A stretch of DNA of 64,000 bases from the IMG/VR virus record IMGVR_UViG_3300035698_010479, positions 164,459 to 228,458 of that record; one strand, written 5' to 3'. Under the pieces are notes generated by a model. That model did no database searches. It saw only the letters and a program-made list of their open reading frames with translations, and was not told the origin of the DNA. Each line of letters opens with the position of its first letter. The first letter of the stretch is position 1. This document shows positions 51,869 through 61,616 of the stretch, one piece after another. Position numbers and translations under genes: made by a program.

Positions 51869-54109
51869 TTATATAGGTACTTGCTGAAACTCTAAATGTC
51901 TTATACTAAACCATCCTTGTGGTGCATGTACTTGTTCAATAACACATACTATATATTGGTAAGCTTCAGTATTATCAAATTGAAATATTTGTGGGTCAGA
52001 AACATCATATAACACATGTTCTCTAACGTTTATAGTAGTTAGTAAGGTTAAATTATCTATATTTGTCCCAGTTAGATTGTTAAAAGCAACTGCTGAGTTA
52101 GTACCATATATCTTTACTACTTTAACACCACTATTAACAGTTGTTCCAATATAGTGACCATTCTCTATATAAACACATCTTGGTATAAAAGGTATTGTAT
52201 AGTCAATATTTATCTTCTGTGGGTATGAACCGTGATTGCCCAAAAATGATTTATATAAAATGTCACCAGTAACGGAAGATAATGGATCAAGTGCGTAAAA
52301 AGCATAGTATGGTGTACTAAAAAAGGTTGTACTTTGTATTTTATTCAAGGAAAATTCCACAGGATACACAGGCGTAAAATTCTTTGGTGGTTCATTTTTA
52401 AATGGATGTGTAATAGGTAAGTCGTCTACCAAACTGTACGTCCATGCTAGGTAACCTTCAGATTTTACTCTGTTATAAGCTGTGTTTCCAGTGCTTAAAA
52501 TTATAAGTTCTTTCAACACACCCTGTAACTGAAATTGTGGATAAGATGAGCTATAATAAAACATATTTAAGGTATTCCAGCCAGCTAAATTTACATTTTC
52601 TAAACATAAAATAAAAAATTTGCCACTATTTAAGTCAGTATATACTTGACCTCTGTTAGCCCACGATACTTTAGAACCATTTAATGTAATATCTGGAGTT
52701 CCAAAATTCTCAGATATAATAGTTTGACTACTACTAATTTCCCCAGCAATACCATACCATGCATTATTATTTGATCCAAAAATAACAAATGTTGGATCTT
52801 CTACCTTCATAACTACATATATACTTTGTAAACCTAAATTATATGGTACTGTTATACTTAGAAGTTTAGTTGAATCTGTATATGATATACCATCGGAATT
52901 TAATACTGGCTGAAATTCTATATTGTTTTGCACAGCATTTCTACCATTGATTGATTTATCTTTCCATGCCGCTACACCGCTAGCAGACTGAGTTATTGTT
53001 GACTCATCTGTAATAGTATACCAACCTTCTGGGCTAATTAAGTCTACTGTCCACTCTATATTAGTAGGAGCTCTTGGAGGTGGTAATACAACAACAGGTA
53101 ATGTACCTGCAGAAATAACTCTATCGTATATTAAAGCATTGAAACCATCTTTAAACGCAGTTATAGTATAGTATGATTTGTTTATTTCGATATTACTAAA
53201 TCTAAAATTACCATCATAATCAGATCTAGTTGTATCTATTAACATACCATTTACGTTATAGTACAGTCTAACAATAACATTAGGCCATACAGTACCACTA
53301 ACAGTAACTTTACCCTCTATATAGCCACCTATGTTGGTATTTATATCACCGTTATTATATACTGTAGATGTTCTTACTCTAGTAGCTTCTGTAGATAAGG
53401 CTTTAAAACTTGGTGGTGTAAGTATATTTATTGGATTATAATAAGAGTTAAATGGAGATATTTTTATGCTTCTTCGCCAAATATTTTTAGTAGCATAAAA
53501 TAGTGATTTATTTTTAAGTTGCCCTGGAAACTTATTTTTAACATATGGCCTGCAAGTTATTTTATCTATCTTACTAACTATATCTATAGAATCTTTAAGC
53601 GTAACAAATTCTATATGTCTTATGCCAAACATTGTTGCTGTTGGATCTTGCACATCCACTATTATTGTAACAGTATATCTAAAACTATATTCTACGTATA
53701 CATAAAAATATTGGTTATCTATAACATCTTCAGCTACGTGTGGTAGCGCCACAAATTCTCCTAGTAATGTCAAATCTGTTAAATCGTAGCCAGAGGTGTT
53801 TAAGAAAGCTGTCGAAGAATTAGTTCCATATACTCTAAATGTTTTTATACCAATATTTGTCAAGCCACCATAATTATGAAAATTATTTAGGCATATTCTT
53901 GACACTACAAATGGTCTACCATGATCTATATTTAGTTTTTGTGGTGGTGTATTATTTAAAGAAGCCCATGAACACCAACTGTACTGATTTATTAAAGATA
54001 GGTCAGGATTTGTAGCAAACCAAGGAGAAGTATCCGTATTATATAATGAGGTAGCTTTTACATACGTAGTGTTATAAAGAGGAGGATAATTGTTTATTGT
54101 GGCAGGCAT
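51869..54109 (-). CDS. mosaic tail fibre/receptor-binding protein
   Basis: 746 aa; ~165-aa beta-sandwich domain duplicated at both termini, central Ig-like (EGKVTV...RLYY...SDYDGNFRF) and lectin-like segments. Confidence 0.65.
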   Translation of the reverse strand: MPATINNYPPLYNTTYVKATSLYNTDTSPWFATNPDLSLINQYSWCSWASLNNTPPQKLNIDHGRPFVVSRICLNNFHNYGGLTNIGIKTFRVYGTNSSTAFLNTSGYDLTDLTLLGEFVALPHVAEDVIDNQYFYVYVEYSFRYTVTIIVDVQDPTATMFGIRHIEFVTLKDSIDIVSKIDKITCRPYVKNKFPGQLKNKSLFYATKNIWRRSIKISPFNSYYNPINILTPPSFKALSTEATRVRTSTVYNNGDINTNIGGYIEGKVTVSGTVWPNVIVRLYYNVNGMLIDTTRSDYDGNFRFSNIEINKSYYTITAFKDGFNALIYDRVISAGTLPVVVLPPPRAPTNIEWTVDLISPEGWYTITDESTITQSASGVAAWKDKSINGRNAVQNNIEFQPVLNSDGISYTDSTKLLSITVPYNLGLQSIYVVMKVEDPTFVIFGSNNNAWYGIAGEISSSQTIISENFGTPDITLNGSKVSWANRGQVYTDLNSGKFFILCLENVNLAGWNTLNMFYYSSSYPQFQLQGVLKELIILSTGNTAYNRVKSEGYLAWTYSLVDDLPITHPFKNEPPKNFTPVYPVEFSLNKIQSTTFFSTPYYAFYALDPLSSVTGDILYKSFLGNHGSYPQKINIDYTIPFIPRCVYIENGHYIGTTVNSGVKVVKIYGTNSAVAFNNLTGTNIDNLTLLTTINVREHVLYDVSDPQIFQFDNTEAYQYIVCVIEQVHAPQGWFSIRHLEFQQVPI

Positions 54110-54115
54110 TAAATT

Positions 54116-55291
54116 TTAATCCCAAGTTAAAGAGATGTCTACCATAAATTGTGAGTAGTTTGTTACAGACGGACTACATATAAGTGTAAGAAAGGTTTTT
54201 CCAGCAAGATCCCCATTACCGTCAAATATATCACCTTGATTTAAAGGTAACCCATGTAGAGGATTCCATATACCATACATTTTACCCCTCAACACAGCTT
54301 GTGCAGCGGTTCCCACACCCTCTCCTATAGTTACTGGACACATATATAAACCACCATCTACTGGACTTGGGTAAGGCATACCAGTACCGTAAAAACCCAT
54401 ACCTGACTGTTGGGCTTTTGTATAGTCGCCAAGCTTACCTAGTACACAAGATGAACCTACCTGAGTAAAAGATCTTGCACCATACATAGCATATAATGAC
54501 GTGTTTAAAATAGCACCCAAATTAGTAGCTAAAAAACAAAAGTAAAAATAACTGTATGATGCATTACCAGTATTAGCAGATAAAAATGTGCTGTAAGCAT
54601 CCCCCTGTTTGTATGAAGCGTAGTCACCAAATCCATGCATAGCGTAGGAAGTGTAATCACTACCTCCTGTAAATCGTACCCACATATAAACTGTTTTATT
54701 ATCAGCAATAATAATCCATTCCCTTTCGTTTGTAATGTTAGCAACATTAGATTTTTGCCACCACAACCCCAAAGATATCTGCGTATTGGTTGGAAATGGT
54801 CCAGTACCAGTGCTAACGGCTGTCATATTTTCATAACCTAAACATCGTGCAGAAGTAGTACCAGTATCATCTATACGTAAATAGTGTTGATTACCACCAC
54901 CCTGTTTATAAGCAGCTAAATTTGTTCCAGCATGTGGTTTGGTCCAACCAGCACTAGCTGAATTTGTTGTTATTGTGCCAGTGGCTGTTGAAGCACTTAT
55001 GCCAGTAGCAGAATAATAGAAAGAAAAACCATCTATTATTGATATAACAAATTCACCGTTATAACCAGCTTCTACAGCACCAGATATTGTTTGTCTAGAA
55101 TAAGGATTTAGATTATGTAAAGTAGCTGTTGCCACAGTTACTATACCATTTGAATGGGTCATACTCAAAATACTTTGAGTACCGTAACCAGTAACAAGGC
55201 AAGCATCTAGCACATCTATTAAATATCCAGGATTACCAAAAAGTGATGGTGCACCATAATCAGATGACCTGAAGAGTTTAACGTTACTCAT
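54116..55291 (-). CDS. tail-fibre-associated protein
   Basis: 391 aa; APSL.G..GYLIDVLDACLVTGYG and SAGWTK patterns recalled from phage tail-fibre proteins. Confidence 0.65.
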   Translation of the reverse strand: MSNVKLFRSSDYGAPSLFGNPGYLIDVLDACLVTGYGTQSILSMTHSNGIVTVATATLHNLNPYSRQTISGAVEAGYNGEFVISIIDGFSFYYSATGISASTATGTITTNSASAGWTKPHAGTNLAAYKQGGGNQHYLRIDDTGTTSARCLGYENMTAVSTGTGPFPTNTQISLGLWWQKSNVANITNEREWIIIADNKTVYMWVRFTGGSDYTSYAMHGFGDYASYKQGDAYSTFLSANTGNASYSYFYFCFLATNLGAILNTSLYAMYGARSFTQVGSSCVLGKLGDYTKAQQSGMGFYGTGMPYPSPVDGGLYMCPVTIGEGVGTAAQAVLRGKMYGIWNPLHGLPLNQGDIFDGNGDLAGKTFLTLICSPSVTNYSQFMVDISLTWD

Positions 55292-55314
55292 TTTACTTCT
55301 CCTATATTAAATAT

Positions 55315-55575
55315 TCAGCTATTAGAAAGTTTTGGTTCTATAAGCAAAAATTTTGTACAATCAAGTACTATGTGGTCTAGATCTATACAAAGTTTAGTAC
55401 AATACTCATGTGTAAAACTATCGAGACCTTCTTCAGGTACATTAGAAGTTGACTCGTAGGTATCATCCATCTCATAGTACTCAACATCAAGACCTTCAGT
55501 ACTAACTACTCTAGAAACCCTATGATCACAATGTTTGCATAGAGAGTTACTAAGCATATAGCCTATATCCATCAT
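55315..55575 (-). CDS. small Cys/His-rich protein
   Basis: 86 aa; contains CKHC, HEYC, C, C. Confidence 0.55.
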   Translation of the reverse strand: MMDIGYMLSNSLCKHCDHRVSRVVSTEGLDVEYYEMDDTYESTSNVPEEGLDSFTHEYCTKLCIDLDHIVLDCTKFLLIEPKLSNS

Positions 55576-55778
55576 TTGGCTTTCTCCTTATGGGCTCTAG
55601 AAACGGTCTCTGGAGTTTTATGGGTTAATATCTTATTTTGCTTACGCATCCTCTTTATTTTACAATTAATAGAATCCTCATCTCTACCTGGAAGTTTATC
55701 CATTAGTTCAAAAACAGTATTCGTAGAATAGTTATCTATTAATATTTTTTCTTCTGAAAAATTCCACATTCGGCTCAT
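55572..55778 (-). CDS. Myb/SANT-like helix-turn-helix protein
   Basis: W..SEEKIL..Y......EL...LPGR...SI..K pattern. Confidence 0.6.
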   Translation of the reverse strand: MSRMWNFSEEKILIDNYSTNTVFELMDKLPGRDEDSINCKIKRMRKQNKILTHKTPETVSRAHKEKAK

Positions 55779-55968
55779 ATAGTTCCTCTTCTAAATAATC
55801 TGTCATTGAAGTACATATTTTTATATCATCTAATAAATTACGCATTATACGTAAGGTCTCTTCTTGTTCGGTTCCTTTTGCTATAACTATATCTATGTTA
55901 GATTCTAGATTACTAATAGTATTGTTTAAATCATTGATAGACCTTTTGCGTTGAAATAAATTCTCCAA
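55732..55968 (-). CDS. hypothetical coiled-coil protein
   Basis: 78 aa, TTG start, AGGAG upstream. Confidence 0.45.
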   Translation of the reverse strand: MENLFQRKRSINDLNNTISNLESNIDIVIAKGTEQEETLRIMRNLLDDIKICTSMTDYLEEELYEPNVEFFRRKNINR

Positions 55969-56047
55969 AGTATTTGTTTCTCCTAATAAGTTATTGTTAT
56001 TACAAAGTAGTTATAATAAACTAAACCTACAATAAAGCTTGGTTAGT

Positions 56048-56689
56048 TTAATTACCTCTAATACCCTGCCATGTTGGTTTATATGGTATTGCTGAATAAA
56101 CTATTACTTGTCCTGATGGCTCACTTAGCTCTACAGTTGATTTGTTTTGAAATACCATATTTAATACTGTAAAATATGAGGTTTCTTTAGCTATACTCAT
56201 TTGTTTATATTCTGGTACACTAATAGAATTAGTAAACTCAAATGTTGGCGTCTCAGTTATGAAGACTATAGTATCAGTAATTATTTCAGGATTTTTATAA
56301 CACCAACTAATTTTGAATGATATGGAAGATACAGTTATAAATAAATCTTTTGAAAAAACATTAACGCTAGCACCTTGGGCATTAACTCCTTTAATTAAAA
56401 CCATATAATAACCTGGTTCTAAGTTTGAGTAAGTTAAATTATTACCTGTAGTTGGTGTTGTTTCCAATAAGGTGTGTGTAATACCACCACAAGCAACACC
56501 TAAAGTTACTTTGTTTAACTCTATAATGTAAGAGCTATAAGTTATGGTTGGATTTTTCCAAAATACTGATAAAGCTTTAGCTTCATAATTATACACCCCA
56601 TATACGTCTACCTTCACTGAGTCGGCGTATATAGGGGTAGAAAATGCTAGCAAAAACACTACCAATATAAATAGTAGTCTCTTTATCAC
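56048..56689 (-). CDS. exported protein with Fn3/Ig-like domains
   Basis: Signal peptide MIKRLLFILVVFLLAFSTPIYA; W.NP...Y.IEL...L.PG.Y.V.I.G.N pattern. Confidence 0.6.
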   Translation of the reverse strand: MIKRLLFILVVFLLAFSTPIYADSVKVDVYGVYNYEAKALSVFWKNPTITYSSYIIELNKVTLGVACGGITHTLLETTPTTGNNLTYSNLEPGYYMVLIKGVNAQGASVNVFSKDLFITVSSISFKISWCYKNPEIITDTIVFITETPTFEFTNSISVPEYKQMSIAKETSYFTVLNMVFQNKSTVELSEPSGQVIVYSAIPYKPTWQGIRGN

Positions 56690-56693
56690 CAGT

Positions 56694-57029
56694 TTATTCC
56701 TTCAAGTGAATACCAGAGGGTAGTGGGGGTAATGTTTTTGCGTAAGAGAAAGGGACAGCAGTTGAACTACCCCACAAGTTGGTATAAGTTACGGCTACTA
56801 CGTTATTACCGTTTACAGAATTTTTAATATCGAATGTACAAATACTTTTTGTTTCGTCAGCTAAAATAGTTGGGGCTACGTCCACAGATGCTCCACTATT
56901 TAATGTGAATTTACAAGTAGTTACCACAGCAGTAGGAAATTCACCTGTGACAGCAAAAGGTGCTGATATAACTGTTGAAGCCGTACCTATGACTAGCAAC
57001 AGGGCCAAACCACTAATTAATTTCTTCAT
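56694..57029 (-). CDS. small exported beta-sandwich protein
   Basis: Signal peptide, two Cys, N.WG.S..VPF.Y.K..P..P C-terminus. Confidence 0.65.
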   Translation of the reverse strand: MKKLISGLALLLVIGTASTVISAPFAVTGEFPTAVVTTCKFTLNSGASVDVAPTILADETKSICTFDIKNSVNGNNVVAVTYTNLWGSSTAVPFSYAKTLPPLPSGIHLKE

Positions 57030-57125
57030 AATTTGTCCTCATAATTAATTTTATTAAATAAAACGTCAGTAAAATAAAATAACTTACTATTCTTATAACT
57101 AGTAAGTTAGTTTATTTTAGAATGT

Positions 57126-58427
57126 TTAAAATGTTTTATCTTGTAATTTTTCAGCCAGTTCTAATAGTTCACTTCTGTAAGAATATTTTAAATTAACATA
57201 AGCTAATGACTTATGTGGTAGTGCTCTAAGAAGTTTAAGCAAACCACTGTTAGATGGTTTTATACTATAGCTCTGTATCAAATCCCCTGTCATAATAATC
57301 TTGGACTCTTCTGTAGCCCTACTTAAACAAGCTGAAATTAAATCTATTGTACAAAGCTGCACTTCATCAAGAAGGAGGAAATCATCCATCAAACTTAACC
57401 CTTGTATACTATTGATGTCTATTAACTCAAAAAATTTATTAAATAGCTCTGTCTTAACAAAATCAAATGATTTACCCTCTTTAGATTGGCCTTTAGTATT
57501 ACCAAATAAGAAGTATAGGGAACTAAGAAAACCCATAGCCCATGAAAATAATTTATCATCCGTGTTTCCAGGAAGGAACCCAATATTATATCTATGGTCA
57601 ATGCCTATAGGAGGCCTACTAATAAATGTTTTTTTACTATTTTCAGCTAGTGCAAACGCAGAACTAATTAAGCTTTTACCAGACCCCCATTTTCCGGTAA
57701 TTAAAACATTATCTGCATTGGCTAACGCGTAGAATGCACATATTTGATATACATCTTTTGATTTTAGTTTGAAATTTGGTCCTTCTATAGTTCTATATTT
57801 AGGGTTGTTGTCTATCCTTTCTAGCATATATGTTTTAGGATTATTAGCATAAACACAAACGTCTTCATCATTTTCATCTCTAATAAACATAAAAAACCAG
57901 CTTTCACGTGTAACACCTTTATTATCTTCCAACCAAGTTAGTAATTGTTCATATTCACCCATGAAGTACTTTTGAAGAAAACAAAAAGCCTTAGGTATAC
58001 CGTTATCTCTAAACTCAGGTAACTGTGACTCACTTATATAAATATAAGGGTCAAATATACCATTAGCTATATTACCATACAATCTTACAGGTACTTCTTT
58101 ACTCTCAGCAATTATACTCATTGAAATATCTTTTGTGGCTATTGTAGCACCTGTTTTCTTTGCAGCAGCAATTATTAAATCATCATTACTAGAAATATCT
58201 TCTTGATTAACAACAAATTCTATTACACCTGGTCTAGTCTTTTTAAATTCTTTTATAGAGTTTATAGCAGCTCTAGCTGAGAAAGATAAATCTGGATTAA
58301 ATTTATGCTTATCTAACTCCTTTAATACTACTGATGATAATACTATCCCTGTATACTCTTTATTTAATTTAAATAATATATTAGGGTCATCCAATAACAG
58401 ATTAGTATCTACTAGTATTTTCGACAT
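57126..58427 (-). CDS. phoH: PIN-PhoH (PhoH2-type) RNase/ATPase
   Basis: PIN: ILVDTNLLL, ELD.HK, NDD.I, TKD..M; ATPase: GKWGSGKS, LLDEVQ, GDLIQ, RS.L. Confidence 0.88.
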   Translation of the reverse strand: MSKILVDTNLLLDDPNILFKLNKEYTGIVLSSVVLKELDKHKFNPDLSFSARAAINSIKEFKKTRPGVIEFVVNQEDISSNDDLIIAAAKKTGATIATKDISMSIIAESKEVPVRLYGNIANGIFDPYIYISESQLPEFRDNGIPKAFCFLQKYFMGEYEQLLTWLEDNKGVTRESWFFMFIRDENDEDVCVYANNPKTYMLERIDNNPKYRTIEGPNFKLKSKDVYQICAFYALANADNVLITGKWGSGKSLISSAFALAENSKKTFISRPPIGIDHRYNIGFLPGNTDDKLFSWAMGFLSSLYFLFGNTKGQSKEGKSFDFVKTELFNKFFELIDINSIQGLSLMDDFLLLDEVQLCTIDLISACLSRATEESKIIMTGDLIQSYSIKPSNSGLLKLLRALPHKSLAYVNLKYSYRSELLELAEKLQDKTF

Positions 58428-58436
58428 TGAGCCTCC

Positions 58437-58477
58437 AAAATAAAAAGACGCCAGTACTTACAATAAGTACTAGCGCC
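58437..58477 (-). terminator. intrinsic terminator
   Basis: 14-bp stem GGCGCTAGTACTTA-ttg-TAAGTACTGGCGTC followed by a U-tract. Confidence 0.75.
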
Positions 58478-58916
58478 CATTAGTATTGACACTTGGCAGT
58501 TTACTAAAAAACCATAAGTAAAGCCAAGCAATTAAGAAAACAACCAAACTTGATGTTACAATAACATATAGCTTCCTAACTAAATTATAAATATAAGTAA
58601 CTCTTGGTGCATTGAAGTCTGAACAAACCTTGATTAACATTTCTTGAAGTCTGGTTTCCATAATAGCCAGGTCATTTATAACTACCAACCCAAAAACTAT
58701 TAAAGAAGTAAGTATGAATGACACAAATATACCAATTGGTATATATAAATCACTTTCGTTAAAAATAGATCTTGCCGGGTAAACCTTTCCTAAAAGTGTA
58801 AGTATAAATAAATAAGAAGATAACCACCAAGCTAACCCAGAACTCCAGGCTAGGGTAATTAATGAGAAACTATTACTAATTACTATCTTATATACCTCCA
58901 AATCAATAGAATTCAT
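58470..58916 (-). CDS. multi-pass membrane protein
   Basis: 148 aa, three strongly hydrophobic segments. Confidence 0.65.
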   Translation of the reverse strand: MNSIDLEVYKIVISNSFSLITLAWSSGLAWWLSSYLFILTLLGKVYPARSIFNESDLYIPIGIFVSFILTSLIVFGLVVINDLAIMETRLQEMLIKVCSDFNAPRVTYIYNLVRKLYVIVTSSLVVFLIAWLYLWFFSKLPSVNTNGR

Positions 58917-59380
58917 TATTTAGTACTTTTAGGAAGTGCTTTTTTTGTACTACTTTTTATTTTAGATGGTGTTTTATTTGTTAAGTCATTAATATCATCA
59001 GGGTCATCTTCTAAATAGTCTATATCATTTCTATTTTTATTAATTCTACTTTGATTTGTCATAAGTAAATTTGATATGCTATTTAAATGATCTTTAACAT
59101 CCGAGTTTAACTCATGTACGGAATCTGATAATTCTACAAACTTATTAGTTATTTTTAATATACTCTCATCATGTCGTTGTTCTTTAAGTGCATATTTTTC
59201 AAAAGATTTATTTTGTAAAGTTTGCAGCACATTAATACGAGAATCCATGTGGAAATACAAACCTGTCATAGTGGCCATGTAAATAATAATTATATACACA
59301 GCAAACTTCTCGATTCTTAGTGCTAAGCTTGTCATGATATTAGTATCTCCAAAGTAATTATAAAATAAGTTTTCAGCCAA
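58916..59380 (-). CDS. single-pass membrane coiled-coil protein
   Basis: N-terminal TM segment then heptad-rich region. Confidence 0.6.
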   Translation of the reverse strand: MAENLFYNYFGDTNIMTSLALRIEKFAVYIIIIYMATMTGLYFHMDSRINVLQTLQNKSFEKYALKEQRHDESILKITNKFVELSDSVHELNSDVKDHLNSISNLLMTNQSRINKNRNDIDYLEDDPDDINDLTNKTPSKIKSSTKKALPKSTK

Positions 59381-59447
59381 TCTGAACCTTACACCTATTA
59401 TAGGTTACTTTAATTAAGAAGATACTAATACAGTTATGAGTACCCCC

Positions 59448-59795
59448 TTAATTACCGCTTAAAAGGCTATTTCTATATAATTTTTTTATTAATCTTACTT
59501 CTTCTATGAAACCGTCAATGTTTTCTGAGTTTGAAATAATTGCACCAGCGGCCAACTCAAAAAGAGTATTTTGTTTTGATACTAACAAATCAATTTCAGA
59601 TTCCTTCTGTTGTATTATATTGGCTTCCCAGGTGTTTAACACCATGTCCACGAATACCTCCTTGTTTGGCATCACGGATAGTAACTCTCTAAACATAACT
59701 AAAGTAATGGTTTCTATAAAGTCATTTGTAATCTGCCTAGGTTTGTTAGTTAGTTTTGATAATTCATACATAATTTTTGCACTGTTTTCATCCAT
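59448..59795 (-). CDS. hypothetical protein
   Basis: 115 aa, AGGAG RBS. Confidence 0.6.
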   Translation of the reverse strand: MDENSAKIMYELSKLTNKPRQITNDFIETITLVMFRELLSVMPNKEVFVDMVLNTWEANIIQQKESEIDLLVSKQNTLFELAAGAIISNSENIDGFIEEVRLIKKLYRNSLLSGN

Positions 59796-59808
59796 TGTAA
59801 TTCTCCTG

Positions 59809-60003
59809 TTAGTTTTTATAATCTAGATCTAAAACTGAAATTCTTCTGTTGGTTTGATCTTCATAAACATGTAAATTATCTACTAATGACATATGTCCTA
59901 TATGACCTACAAGTTCTGAAGTTCTTAAATTTGATTCTACCACATCTACATTAGTGTATTCATTAATAGGTTTTTTATTAGTCCTAAATATTTCTAATCC
60001 CAT
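59809..60003 (-). CDS. hypothetical protein
   Basis: 64 aa, AAGGAG RBS. Confidence 0.6.
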   Translation of the reverse strand: MGLEIFRTNKKPINEYTNVDVVESNLRTSELVGHIGHMSLVDNLHVYEDQTNRRISVLDLDYKN

Positions 60004-60088
60004 GGTATCTCCTTAAGTATATTATTGTACTACTAAGCTGTTTCAATAAAACATATTATAGTACTAATTCAACCATAAGTCAATTTAT

Positions 60089-60412
60089 TTAGAAGTATAC
60101 ATAAAATGTTATACCTACTCCTGCAGCTTCTCTATAATCCAATGATTCATGAATACTAAAGTTGTTAATTAGATATTCTTTAACAAATCCAATAGTTAAC
60201 TTTAAACCACAAGTATTATCTTGTGATATATTATATCTAATGTTGTATCCTAGTAAACCTAAGCCTTTAATGTGTTTGAAATTTTGGTCATTGTAAGATT
60301 CAGTACTTATGTCTTTGTAGAAACTATTAGAGCTAGCTATTGTGGAGTAACTTAGAATTAATGCTACTATTATAATCTGTAATGTCTTTAGTAGATTCAT
60401 ATTAATCACCAA
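60089..60412 (-). CDS. exported/outer-membrane-type hypothetical protein
   Basis: Signal-peptide-like N-terminus, beta-type body ending in Phe. Confidence 0.5.
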   Translation of the reverse strand: MVINMNLLKTLQIIIVALILSYSTIASSNSFYKDISTESYNDQNFKHIKGLGLLGYNIRYNISQDNTCGLKLTIGFVKEYLINNFSIHESLDYREAAGVGITFYVYF

Positions 60413-60529
60413 ATGTTAAACAACTTATATTAGATGTCTTTACTATAGTACATGTTATTTATTACTACTTATAATACATATTGTAATACAATAACTGTAC
60501 TACTTACTAATTTGTTAGAGTGAGTGCAG

Positions 60530-60810
60530 TGAGTACTTATGCCCCCATGTACGACTAAAAATAAAGAGGTGTCGCACATAAGGGGCAGAATAACTAACTA
60601 TTTGACTAACTTGTCGTCGGTCGTTTGTTTCGTTTTTTTAGGGGAATAACGTGCCCAGGTCTACCTTTACCACGCGAAGCCTAGTCCTATCACCAAGTCT
60701 TCTACCCCACATTCTGGATGTTTCCATCTAGGACGGCGGGATGCCAATTAAGTGCATCCTGTCAGGGTCTCCCTATTAATTTCATAGCCGGGCAACGCTA
60801 TACCTGCAAA
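60530..60810 (-). ncRNA. candidate structured non-coding RNA, unclassified
   Basis: GC-richer island without an ORF, containing many nested helices; G-U pairs favour the minus strand. Confidence 0.5.
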
Positions 60811-60901
60811 GTAAGTTATTTATTAAATAATTCCTAATGCACCCTCAAAGGCTTTACTAAAATCAGAGGGATTTAAATATAAAGATAAGTATGTATATAA
60901 C

Positions 60902-60930
60902 AGCGTAACAAATAAAATCTATAAAGTCAA
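60902..60930 (-). promoter_or_regulatory. sigma70-like promoter pointing into the structured island
   Basis: TTGACT-17 nt-TACGCT. Confidence 0.45.
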
Positions 60931-60945
60931 CACTTATTTTTTAAA

Positions 60946-61086
60946 TTAGAAGGCTCCGTTATGAATAAGGATTATTAAAGATACGAAAGAAGTTACTATA
61001 CTGAGGGCAGCGAGAGCTAATAGTACCAAATTTGTTTTAGCTTGCTGCTCTGCTACCCATGAAGGTGATCTGTGTCGTGTGTTCAT
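60946..61086 (-). CDS. small single-pass membrane protein (46 aa), absent from the ORF track
   Basis: MNTRHRSPSWVAEQQAKTNLVLLALAALSIVTSFVSLIILIHNGAF; AGAGAG upstream; follows the TAACTAAC motif. Confidence 0.5.
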   Translation of the reverse strand: MNTRHRSPSWVAEQQAKTNLVLLALAALSIVTSFVSLIILIHNGAF

Positions 61087-61116
61087 GTATATCTCTCTGG
61101 TTAGTTAAAAGAAATT

Positions 61117-61149
61117 AAAAAGGGTACTACTTAATTTTAGTAGTACCCT
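61117..61149 (-). terminator. intrinsic terminator after the lipoprotein gene
   Basis: AGGGTACTACT-7 nt-AGTAGTACCCT plus a U-tract. Confidence 0.8.
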
Positions 61150-61157
61150 CACTCTTG

Positions 61158-61616
61158 TTACTTGATCACTAAACCAATTCTTGCTTTGGCTGTTGCATTT
61201 ACAATCTCAACTACTTTCCAAGCTACGACTAACTTTTCATCAGGTAGTATACCTTGTACATCTAATTTTTGAGCTATACTAGCTTTTACTACCTCTACCA
61301 AATCATTAAATGATTGTAGTGTTAAAGGATCTAAATTTAACTTAGCTGTTTCAATAGCTAGTGCTGAATCTAAGCTGCTTAATTCAATAATCTCTATAGT
61401 GTTATCATCTCTTAGAGCCAATAAAGCGCTTGTTACTTCAAAAGCCGGAATAACCGTTTTTGGATAAGCCGCCATAGATGCTCCTACAGAAAGCTGGATA
61501 ACTGCGGCCTCCACTGGGTCAATTTTACCATCACCAATAGTTGATGTACCATCAGTAGCACATCCTTGCAGCGCCAAAAATACACACATTACCAACCCAA
61601 TTATGAGTTTTTTCAT
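61158..61616 (-). CDS. lipoprotein
   Basis: MKKLIIGLVMCVFLALQG-C signal II-like N-terminus. Confidence 0.75.
   Translation of the reverse strand: MKKLIIGLVMCVFLALQGCATDGTSTIGDGKIDPVEAAVIQLSVGASMAAYPKTVIPAFEVTSALLALRDDNTIEIIELSSLDSALAIETAKLNLDPLTLQSFNDLVEVVKASIAQKLDVQGILPDEKLVVAWKVVEIVNATAKARIGLVIK

Noticed and set aside
51869-55291. Duplicated domain in the fibre gene as a DGR template/variable repeat pair
   Set aside because: Similarity is at protein level only, differences are not adenine-specific, and no reverse transcriptase is in the window
60530-60810. tmRNA, tRNA or RNase P identity for the structured island
   Set aside because: No T-arm GTTCRA or CCA end, no tag frame ending in Ala-Ala, no GAGGAAAGTCC core; no tRNA seen anywhere in the window
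58916-61616. Definite i-spanin/o-spanin pair (58916 and 61158)
   Set aside because: The genes are not adjacent or nested, lie far from the endolysin, and the lipoprotein is not Pro-rich; kept only as a possibility
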